Assembly (NCBI GenBank): GCA_030867685.1
Contig: JAQOWU010000008.1
Coordinates: forward strand, 3,224,001 to 3,288,000
DNA length: 64,000 nt
Direction of reading: 5' to 3'
DNA from: Wickerhamiella versatilis
Taxonomy: Eukaryota
In this document: in pieces, positions 1 through 9,000 of the stretch
Position numbering within the stretch: the first letter of the stretch is position 1
Layout of the letters: each line of letters opens with the position of its first letter
Translations under genes and position numbers: made by a program
Notes under the pieces: model-generated
The model's database searches: none
What the model was told of the DNA's origin: nothing
What the model saw: only the letters and a program-made list of their open reading frames with translations

Positions 1-2
1 AT

Positions 3-560
3 ATGCCTCCCATGGTTGATGGGTACGCCTACGCACCTATGATGGTTGGTCCTGCTCATAACTTCCCGGGTCCTCAGCAATACAGTGGATTTGGCGGTGG
101 CCTTCCCACCCCTCCACGCGTTCCAAGCCCCATCCAAGACAATGCTGGCACATTGCCGAGCTCACAAATTCACGCATCATCCCAAGCAGCGCATCCTACA
201 ATGCTCCCCAGTCCAACCTCCCCACCTAGAATGGGCTTCCTGGCATCCCTGCCTTACTCTCCTGCAGCGGCTTCAATGCCCATGCCAGTCCAGTCCCCGT
301 ATGGTAATTATCTCATGCCGCCTTACAGTTCCTCTATGCGCGTTGGAAAGCATAATCACGAGACAAGAGCCCGTGAGCAGTCACGGAGCCACTCGTGCTC
401 GGTTTGTTCCAAGGGTTTTGCCCGTCCCTCAGCCTTGAGAACGCATATGTATACCCATACAGGAGAAAAGCCGTTTAGATGTCAGCACCCGGAGTGCCTG
501 CGCTCGTTCTCTGTATTGTCCAACCTGAGACGTCACCAACGAGTACCACTCTGTGAATAA
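3..560 (+). CDS. C2H2 zinc-finger transcription factor (FlbC-like two-finger type), probably 5'-truncated by the window edge
   Basis: Pro/Ser-rich region followed by two fingers, CSVCSKGFARPSALRTHMYTH-TGEKPF-RCQHPECLRSFSVLSNLRRHQRV. Confidence 0.85.
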   Translation: MPPMVDGYAYAPMMVGPAHNFPGPQQYSGFGGGLPTPPRVPSPIQDNAGTLPSSQIHASSQAAHPTMLPSPTSPPRMGFLASLPYSPAAASMPMPVQSPYGNYLMPPYSSSMRVGKHNHETRAREQSRSHSCSVCSKGFARPSALRTHMYTHTGEKPFRCQHPECLRSFSVLSNLRRHQRVPLCE

Positions 561-777
561 TGGTCCTTGATTTCTTAACTTATTTGTTACGTGGAAAATA
601 AATGAATAAAAAACACTACTATAGTAAAATTTTGCTAAATTTTTGACGAATCTGGTTTGTTGTTGATCACTTGTTCGGAAAATACGACCTCTGCACAGCA
701 CGGATTGGCCGTTAAGTGATCGTCACGATATGCCCATGGTGGCTAACTCACATATTGGTCGGCTGCATGGGGTGAAA

Positions 778-1233
778 TTATGGTTCGTATGCCGGTAAGG
801 GCTCAGGAATATCGTCCATATGAGCTTGCCGTACCGCCTCACGCGACATACTAAATTTTTCATGGAACTCAAATACCCCACCAGTCGTAAAAGACAACGT
901 GAGAGTCCACATAGCCTGCGGCTCTATTCCATCAGGTGTCGGGCTTAGCATTTCATACTTATAAGGCCCGAACCACGGCTGAATGAACCGTGTTTCTCGA
1001 ATTGAACTCAATGGCAAAGCAAACGTTGGCAAAACTCGATCCCCCTTGTTGGCAACATGATATGTGACATCCGAAAGAGGGGCAAACATAATGCGTTCAT
1101 TTGTGACGGTAACACAGACCTTTGCTGAAATTTTGGTTGCATTCTCAAAGTTGCTGAGGGTCAACGACGCTTCCCTGACGGTACAAACCACCAATTCATG
1201 GGGATTTAGCTCAACCCGGTTCCGGGTCGACAT
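778..1233 (-). CDS. WBP2/UPF0664-like GRAM/PH-fold protein with C-terminal PY motif
   Basis: VTNERIMF, FIQPWFGPY and LSFTTGGVFEF motifs; terminal LPAY WW-binding motif. Confidence 0.7.
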   Translation of the reverse strand: MSTRNRVELNPHELVVCTVREASLTLSNFENATKISAKVCVTVTNERIMFAPLSDVTYHVANKGDRVLPTFALPLSSIRETRFIQPWFGPYKYEMLSPTPDGIEPQAMWTLTLSFTTGGVFEFHEKFSMSREAVRQAHMDDIPEPLPAYEP

Positions 1234-1299
1234 CTGCTTACTAATAGGTTAGCTTGAGAGAGAAAATTCGTCTCACATAATATTTTTTTCTTGGAGGCA

Positions 1300-3165
1300 A
1301 TGCAACTCACTTGGAAGGACATCCCCGTGGTCCCGAATTCCACGGAGTTCCTCGATGTTGTGCTTAATCGCACACAGAGGAAAACGCCAACTGTGATTCG
1401 CCCAGGGTTCCAAATAACCCGTATCCGTGAATTCTATATGCGCAAGGTACGATACACTGCCGACGGGTTCTCTGAAAAACTACAGGAGATCATTGACAGT
1501 TTCCCCCGTATCAACGATGTGCACCCTTTCCACCGAGACCTTCTTGATACGCTCTATGAGAAGAACCACTACAAGGTCTCGCTGGCTAGCCTTAGTCGTG
1601 CCAAGGCCCTAATCGACCAGGTCTCTCGGGACTATGTGCGTCTCCTGAAGTTTGGACAGAGCTTGTTCCAGTGCAAGCAGCTCAAGCGGGCTGCTCTTGG
1701 TCGTATGGCTACCATTACGAAACGCCTCAAGGACCCGCTGCTCTATTTGGAGCAGGTTCGACAGCACATGGGGCGTCTACCGGCCATTGACCCTAATACC
1801 CGCACACTGCTCATTTGTGGATATCCTAATGTCGGTAAGTCCAGTTTCCTGCGTTCCGTTACCAGGGCTGAGGTAGAGGTTCAGCCTTACGCCTTCACGA
1901 CCAAGGCTCTTTATGTAGGCCATTTCGACTACAAATATCTGCGTTTCCAAGCAATTGACACGCCAGGTATCCTAGACCGCCCCACAGAAGAGATGAACAA
2001 CATTGAAATGCAGTCTATCTATTCCATTGCCCATGTGCGCTCGTGCGTTCTCTACTTCATGGACCTCTCTGAGCAGTGTGGTTTCTCGGTACAGGACCAG
2101 GTGAAGCTCTATCATTCTATCAAGCCACTGTTCGCCAATAAAACTGTCATGGTTGTGATCAACAAAGTTGACCTCGTGAGGCCAGAGGACCTTGACCCCG
2201 AACGCCAGGAAATGTTGCAGAGTATAGCCAACGATGTCAACGTGGAAATGGTTTCTCTTTCCTGTGCGACGGAGGAAAACATCATGGCCGTTCGTAACAA
2301 AGCGTGCGAAAAGTTGCTTACTGCCCGTGTGGAGCAGAAAATGAAGAGTCACGCCCGTGTTCAGTCTTTGATGAATAGAATCAATGTGGCAAAGCCTGAG
2401 AAGCGTGATGAAGTTGAGCGGCCCAAGGTTGCCGCGCCTGAACAAGAAATTGATCCAGATCGCAAGCTGAGCCGGGATGTTGAGGAAGAAAATGGTGGTG
2501 CTGGCGTGTACACCCCGAACTACAAGGAGGACTGGCTTCTTGAAGATGATCAGTGGAAGAAAGACATTGTGCCAGAAATCATCGATGGTCGTAATGTTTA
2601 TGACTTTATCGACCCCGATATCTCCTCTAAGCTCGAGGCCCTTGAAAAGGAGGAAGAGCAGCTGGAATCCCAGGGATTTTATGCCGACTCTGATCAAGAA
2701 ATGGAGGACTCTGAGACAGAGGATATCCGGGCAAAAGCTGCATGGATCCGTAAGAGACACCGTCTCATGCGTAACGAGTCTAAGATGAAGGAGACTCCGA
2801 ATCCAATCCCGCGAAACAAGAAGGCTAAGCGAAGTATAGACGAAATGGAGCAGCACTTTGATGATATCGGAATGGATGCTGCACCTGTTGCAAAGAAGGC
2901 ACGTGGAAAGTCGCGCATCATGGTGAAGCCTCGTGGCGCCGACGCTGTGGTTGCTGCTGCACAGCCTAAGAAGGTTCGTGATTTCGGACTGCCATCGAAT
3001 GTTAATGAGCGTGGCGTGAAGAAGGCTGAGAAGGAACGTAAATTTGCCCAGAGGAAGTGGGCTCAAGATGGGCGACAGGGTGAGTCTGACCGTCGTACCC
3101 AAGAGTCTCTAACCCGACGCCTGGTTGCTGGAAAGCGTGGAATCGGCAAGACCAATGCCCGATAA
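1300..3165 (+). CDS. NOG1: Nucleolar GTP-binding protein Nog1 (60S biogenesis)
   Basis: MQLTWKDIP N-terminus, GYPNVGKS P-loop, YAFTTK, DTPG, NKVD; ATG at 1300 preferred over TTG at 1291. Confidence 0.97.
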   Translation: MQLTWKDIPVVPNSTEFLDVVLNRTQRKTPTVIRPGFQITRIREFYMRKVRYTADGFSEKLQEIIDSFPRINDVHPFHRDLLDTLYEKNHYKVSLASLSRAKALIDQVSRDYVRLLKFGQSLFQCKQLKRAALGRMATITKRLKDPLLYLEQVRQHMGRLPAIDPNTRTLLICGYPNVGKSSFLRSVTRAEVEVQPYAFTTKALYVGHFDYKYLRFQAIDTPGILDRPTEEMNNIEMQSIYSIAHVRSCVLYFMDLSEQCGFSVQDQVKLYHSIKPLFANKTVMVVINKVDLVRPEDLDPERQEMLQSIANDVNVEMVSLSCATEENIMAVRNKACEKLLTARVEQKMKSHARVQSLMNRINVAKPEKRDEVERPKVAAPEQEIDPDRKLSRDVEEENGGAGVYTPNYKEDWLLEDDQWKKDIVPEIIDGRNVYDFIDPDISSKLEALEKEEEQLESQGFYADSDQEMEDSETEDIRAKAAWIRKRHRLMRNESKMKETPNPIPRNKKAKRSIDEMEQHFDDIGMDAAPVAKKARGKSRIMVKPRGADAVVAAAQPKKVRDFGLPSNVNERGVKKAEKERKFAQRKWAQDGRQGESDRRTQESLTRRLVAGKRGIGKTNAR

Positions 3166-3363
3166 AACGGCTATTTATTCATTAAGGTGATAAGGGTTTT
3201 TTGTGGCATAAATTTTTTTTCTGGTTTGATGGCGTATATATTTCTAAAAGTAACAATGCCTCTCGGTTTACTTACTTAGTGGTGAAGTAGCAATGCATGG
3301 ACTAGCGTTTTAATTTGGTCATTCATTCAAAATTATCTACTAAGTATCATTAAGATCTAAAAA

Positions 3364-4776
3364 CTAAAATAAAGAATCAATGTCGTCGTCGACATGCTCG
3401 TCTTGAGGCTCCGAGGCGGCTGGCTGTTGTTCATCATGTGGTTGTGACTGCGTTTCTGGTTCTGTCTCTGTTTGTGGATGACCCATTTCCGTTTCTGCTG
3501 GATGTGTGCCAGAGGCTTGTTGTTGCAATGCTGGGGGGAGCGCAGCGGCTTCAATAGCGTCTGCCATCTCTTCATCATCATCGTCATCTTCTTCCTCCTC
3601 TTCTTCCTCTTCTTCTTCAGACTTGTCCTGCTTAGCGGGCTCATCAGGCACTGTAGATTCATTCAGTATATTTCTCTTCTTATCTATTTCGGCAATAAGC
3701 CGGTTCACAGCATCCATATGCCGGGCCCGCATGATGTCATTGACAACTTGACCAACTGCACGCTGCTTCTGTTCGAGGGTTGACTCGAGTTCATGGATCT
3801 CTTCATGCAGCTGCTTCACGTGTTGCCTAGCACCCTTACCTTCCTCATCTTCCTCGTCGTCAGAGTCCGACTCATCCTCTGATTCCGACTCAGACTGCTC
3901 GGGTTCAGGCTCTTCATTGTTATCGCCCAAACCTTCTTCCAATGCTTTCTCAAGTTCCATGATATCATCCTCTTCAGATTCTGAATCCTGCATGGGAGTC
4001 GAATCTCCAAGTGAGGGCTGCCTCTGTTGTTGTTGTGCCTGCGACAAAGCTTCTTGAGCCGCCACGGCAGATGCTGGAAGAATTTCGGTATGAACCTCTT
4101 TGGCCTCTGTATCTTTTTTTAATAAATCCTCGACTTTTGCCTCCAGCGACTCTATAACCTTGTTAGAGAGCCGTTGATGGAAGCGCCGTCGCTTCGCGTA
4201 CCGCAGAGGGGGCGTTATCCCATGAGGCCAGGGAAGTTCCGAAGGCTCTATACGTAAAGCCTCTTCTTCAGTCTTGATCTTTTTCGTGACCAGAAGAACC
4301 TGGCAAATATCTGCGCTTTTGTAGATATTTTTGCGGTCGAACGTTTTAGAGGCTTCCGTGATGGTAGGTAAGTCCACCAAAACAGCGCCAAACATCTCAT
4401 CATCCAATTTTACCACCGCATGACGTGCATCCTGAAAAGTGACATTGAATCCTTCAAAATTATTAGCCTCGCATTTGGACTTCAGCTTTGAAAGGCCATC
4501 CTTGGGAAGCATCCGAAAAAGGATGGCCTCTTCCTGAACTGGATCATCTTCCTTATCCGGTGCTTCTGTATCATAGCCTTCAGGTGCAGTGCGTGTCTTG
4601 ACACGGATGCGTGGACCCGAATTCGTTGCTTTCCCCCCAATGTTTAGGGATAGCTTGATGCCACCCGGAGACGATGCTGTCGACTCATGTTCAAATTCTT
4701 GCTTTTCGGTGTCACCCGGTGTTGATACCGCTGGAGATTCTGCCGCCGGGTCGGGCTTCAGCCGCAGCTTCACCAT
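3364..4776 (-). CDS. TAF7: TFIID subunit Taf7
   Basis: LVDLPTITEASKTFDRKNIYKSADICQVL and WPHGITPPLRYAKRRRF motifs; acidic C-terminal tracts. Confidence 0.93.
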   Translation of the reverse strand: MVKLRLKPDPAAESPAVSTPGDTEKQEFEHESTASSPGGIKLSLNIGGKATNSGPRIRVKTRTAPEGYDTEAPDKEDDPVQEEAILFRMLPKDGLSKLKSKCEANNFEGFNVTFQDARHAVVKLDDEMFGAVLVDLPTITEASKTFDRKNIYKSADICQVLLVTKKIKTEEEALRIEPSELPWPHGITPPLRYAKRRRFHQRLSNKVIESLEAKVEDLLKKDTEAKEVHTEILPASAVAAQEALSQAQQQQRQPSLGDSTPMQDSESEEDDIMELEKALEEGLGDNNEEPEPEQSESESEDESDSDDEEDEEGKGARQHVKQLHEEIHELESTLEQKQRAVGQVVNDIMRARHMDAVNRLIAEIDKKRNILNESTVPDEPAKQDKSEEEEEEEEEEDDDDDEEMADAIEAAALPPALQQQASGTHPAETEMGHPQTETEPETQSQPHDEQQPAASEPQDEHVDDDIDSLF

Positions 4777-4821
4777 AGGCTTTTGTTAAGGTAAGCAGGT
4801 ACCGTTCGGCGTAGACGTCAG

Positions 4822-5847
4822 ATGCAAAATGCTCACGGTGAATGGCGACATTTCGTGAAAAGAACGCTTTCTAGACGCATGTTTGACAACTATGAGCTAG
4901 GTGTGCGTGCTGTCGAAGCATTAGGTTATCCAAAGGCCTTTCGTGAAAGACCTTTCATCATCGATGCATATCCGGGCATTGCAGTATTTAGTGCTGCGTT
5001 GCATAATACTCTGAGGCCATCTAAGCATACTTTACTCGAGCCTTATACGTCTTTTCAACCTTGGCTAGACCATTTGGCCAGTGCCACAACTGAAGTTAGT
5101 AGTGAAGATCCATTTCGCTGGGGCACCTTCACAAGCCTGGTTAATACTCATCGTTCCTTAATAAAGACAGAGGATCGCTCCAAAGTTCATGATCAGTTAC
5201 TTTATGTTGCGAATTTGACCCACCGGCAGGGCGAGCAGTTGGTTGCTCAATATCTGAATTGTGCTTCCAACCAAAGTTGGCTTCAAAGCTTCGGTCGTGT
5301 CCGCATGTTACTTTGGATGCGCTCCTCTGTTGCAGAAAAGCTTCTAGCGGGGCCAGGAGAGGATTTTCGTCATAGGATTGGAACCCAGCGTGAATCATGC
5401 TGTGACGCTCGCGTAGTGTTCCACGTACCGCATGCGAAGAAGTTCAAAAACTACCCAAAACTATTGCAAACCCCATTATTACCTTTGGATATACGCAGGG
5501 ATCTTATTTCGAAGGTCGCTCAACCTATCTCCCTAATTGAGCTTACACCCCGTGAGAAGCAAGTTGAACACATTGATGAATTCGAGTACGTCCTCAAAAA
5601 TTTGTTTATTCTTCGCTCCAGACCTCTCAAGGAGTCATTGAATTCCCTAGGTCCAGGTGCCGTCGAGGATTTGAGTCCTCAATTGAAAGATATACTATAT
5701 AAGAAGCCTACGCAACTGACTTTGGATGACTTCATTCGCATAACAGAGGTTTTCTGGAGATGGCCTTTCAAACCAGATTTTCTTTTGGATTTCTATGAAG
5801 AGAATGTCTCGACTGGTCAAGGTGCGGAAGAAGGTTCAAGAATGTAG
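4822..5847 (+). CDS. MTF1: Mitochondrial transcription specificity factor Mtf1 (rRNA dimethylase fold)
   Basis: IIDAYPG, LLYVANLT, NQSWLQSFGRVRMLLWM, SLGPGA and FWRWPFKP motifs. Confidence 0.88.
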   Translation: MQNAHGEWRHFVKRTLSRRMFDNYELGVRAVEALGYPKAFRERPFIIDAYPGIAVFSAALHNTLRPSKHTLLEPYTSFQPWLDHLASATTEVSSEDPFRWGTFTSLVNTHRSLIKTEDRSKVHDQLLYVANLTHRQGEQLVAQYLNCASNQSWLQSFGRVRMLLWMRSSVAEKLLAGPGEDFRHRIGTQRESCCDARVVFHVPHAKKFKNYPKLLQTPLLPLDIRRDLISKVAQPISLIELTPREKQVEHIDEFEYVLKNLFILRSRPLKESLNSLGPGAVEDLSPQLKDILYKKPTQLTLDDFIRITEVFWRWPFKPDFLLDFYEENVSTGQGAEEGSRM

Positions 5848-6030
5848 AGCCATTTTGTACATATTGGTGTTAGACATATCCCTGTTACGCAGCATATATA
5901 TATATTGATTACCTCTTTCAATATACGATCCATGATTATGGTTATGATCCAGGTAAATAATATTACAAACTCTAAAGTCATGATGGAAAGGCGTCTTATA
6001 ACACACTACGTAAACGGTTAAAATAAATAC

Positions 6031-9000
6031 TCATATGTCAAGAATTCCATCTACAAAATCCATATCTAGACCAAGGAGACCCGGGTCTTCAATATTGTCA
6101 TCAACACCTTGTGCTGGAGCCTGCGATTGCATCTGCACAGGCATATGCGCAGAAATTTGTGGGGGGATTGGCAATTGTCCCGGAAGCTGACCATGAACTT
6201 GTTCAGGCATGTGTGGTGGAGGAACATGAGGCATTTGAGATTGCATCGGTTGGATTTGGGGCGACTGGAACTGCTGTAGTGGAACTTGAGGAGCATGCGT
6301 TTGCATACGTTGATGAACCTGTGCCGACGGTTGGGACGGTGGAACGCCGGGTACAGGCATAGACGGCTGGTAGCCCATCTGCTGTGGGAAACCACCATTT
6401 GGAACTGGCTGTTGGGGCACAGGTGGTGATACCGCATGAGGTTGAGGATAGTGAGAAACGGGATCAGGAGCCTTAACTGGTATCCGACTAACTGGCTCGC
6501 TGTTCTCGGGAGGTGGGTGTCCAACCAAGTCAGTAAACATCCGTATGAACTCTTCCTCGATGACGGTTGCATCTTGATAGACCATTGATCCCTCTGCGTT
6601 GTAGAATCGAGCATTTCTCATCATCAAACGCCAGTCTCTAGAAAACTGGTCCAAGGATTGATACCACTTCTGAGCAATACGTTTCTCGATTGTAGCAACT
6701 GCCACAGGGCATTTTACTAACTGATAGTAGTCCGGATACATCCGCTGCGACGGAAGCTCCAAGAATATATCAATTCGTGGTCTTCCGTCAGGGGTAGTTA
6801 GCCCTTTGAGGTGTTCAGTAATAGTTGTTCCTATCTCTGTCAACTTCTGGCGGTCTTCAGGCGAGAGTGTCTCAGCGACCTTTGGTGGACGTCCCTTTCG
6901 CGATGTCGGTTGTGATCGCAAAGACGCCTTCGGTGTTGACTCTCGCTTAGGACGCTTTGTTGAGCTGCTCGACTCCTCAGTAGTCCTCCGCCTGGGAAGG
7001 ACCTCTGGAGTCTCTTCACGCAGCTGTTTCTCGACATATTCCCTAGTGATTTCCACGGGCAACTCACTTTCACTGAATAACCTCAGTTTACCATGAAGCT
7101 GCGTTTCATCCATAATCGCACGCTGTCGATCAACATTAGCAAACAATTGACGTTCCTCTTCGTTACGTGCGAGCATTAAATTGACTTCCTCATCATCTAA
7201 CTCGTCAAACTCGCTTTCCTCTTTGTCCCGCTTGGACAACTCTTCGGTCTCTAGTAGTGAACGCAAAAAGGCCTCCTGCTCCTCAGAAGTAGACTTATTA
7301 TCGAACTTACCCGCCTGAATAACCTTACCGTCGATATTTAACTTGGTTTGGGCTCGCTCCAGTATGTTCTCTTCGATAGAATTCTGGGTGATAAGACGCA
7401 GGATTCTAACTTCCTTTGTTTGTCCAATCCTATGAGCACGATCCTGAGCCTGGAGATCTTGATGCGGATTCCAATCAGTGTCGTATATGATAACGGTGTC
7501 AGCAGTTTGCAAATTAAGTCCGAGTCCACCTGCACGAGTACTCAACAAGAAACATAGATAAGGCGAGTCCGGCGCATTGAACTGTTTTAGGAGTTCACTA
7601 CGATTTTCTGCTTTTGTCGATCCGTCAAGCCTTAGATATCGAATACCTCGTAAACGCATAAAGTCCTCCATGATGTCCATGATTTGCGTCATCTGGAAGA
7701 ATATAAGGACTCGATGATTGGAGGCCCTCAATTTCGGCAGTATACGATCTAGCAGCTCGAATTTTCCTGAGACTCGCCAGAGCAAGTCATTCGTCAGATT
7801 TCCTGGGTTAATAACGCTCTCAACTTCCTCGAACACAAAAGGGTGGTTACAAATTTTGCAAAGTTGAATAACTCTGTTATTCAATCCCTTTATGCCCCCG
7901 GATTTTTGTGACTCTTGTCCGAGGAAGATAGAATTGTGTTTGAGTAGCTGCTGATATAGCTGAGTCTGCAGACCACTCATCTTACACTTAATGACCTTTT
8001 CTACCTTGTCCGGAAGGTCCTGCTCAACATCCTTTTTCAGACGGCGTAATAAGAAGGGTCTCAGGACCTTGTGGAGACGCCTAATTATCAGCAGTGTTTC
8101 CTCTTCACCTAAATCCATACGATCGCGTGATCCTGCTTGCGCAAAGGGCTTGTTAAACCACTCATCAAAAGACTTAACACTGTTAAAGATCTTGGGAAGT
8201 ACAAAGTTGAGAAGTGCCCAAAGCTCTGGCAAATTGTTCTGAAGAGGTGTTCCTGTCAAAATCAATCTGTACTTAGAATTGTAATGATGGGTCAAAGTAT
8301 AGGACAGCTTCGACTGTGTGTTTTTCATACGGTGACCCTCGTCAATGATTAGGTGTGCCCAATTCAAGCGGGAAAGAACGGCTCTATCTTTGATAACATA
8401 TTCGTATGTCGTCAACAAAACCTGGAATCTTCCCGACCGTATGAGTGGATGAAGCGCGCGCCTACTTTGCGGTGGTCCTTTGTAAACAACTTTCTTGACA
8501 CCGGGGGCCCATGTATCAAATTCAAGTGACCAGTTGGTAAGTGTAGACAACGGAACAAGCACTAGGAAAGGGCCGGGTACTTTCTTGACTTCAATAATAT
8601 AACATATAAGAGCAATAGATTGAATTGTTTTGCCCAGACCCATTTCATCTGCAAGTATTCCATTTAGCTTGTTATTATAAAGTGAGACCGTCCATTGTAA
8701 ACCACGTAGTTGGTATTCTTTCAGTTTACCGCCTACTAGCAGTTTAGGCTGCTCTTTGACTTCTTCTTTGACACGGTGAGCTACCTCATAGTAATCTACC
8801 TTTTCGCGTATGTCTCCATCCTGTAAATAATCTTCGCCATCCGGTCCCGTTACAATATCAACATCCGCTTCACCCCGCTGTTGTGCTCGAACCGCCCGAG
8901 CTAATGAAGCGAGGAAAGTATTCGTCTGTTTCAAAAGATGGGTGATGCGCGCATCCTTTGTCTGATCAATGAGCTTCAGGTATGCTTCTTCATCATTGGC

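Noticed and set aside
1972..3102. 376-aa antisense ORF opposite NOG1
   Set aside because: Lies wholly within a conserved gene, has no recognisable motif, and is explained by sense-strand codon bias
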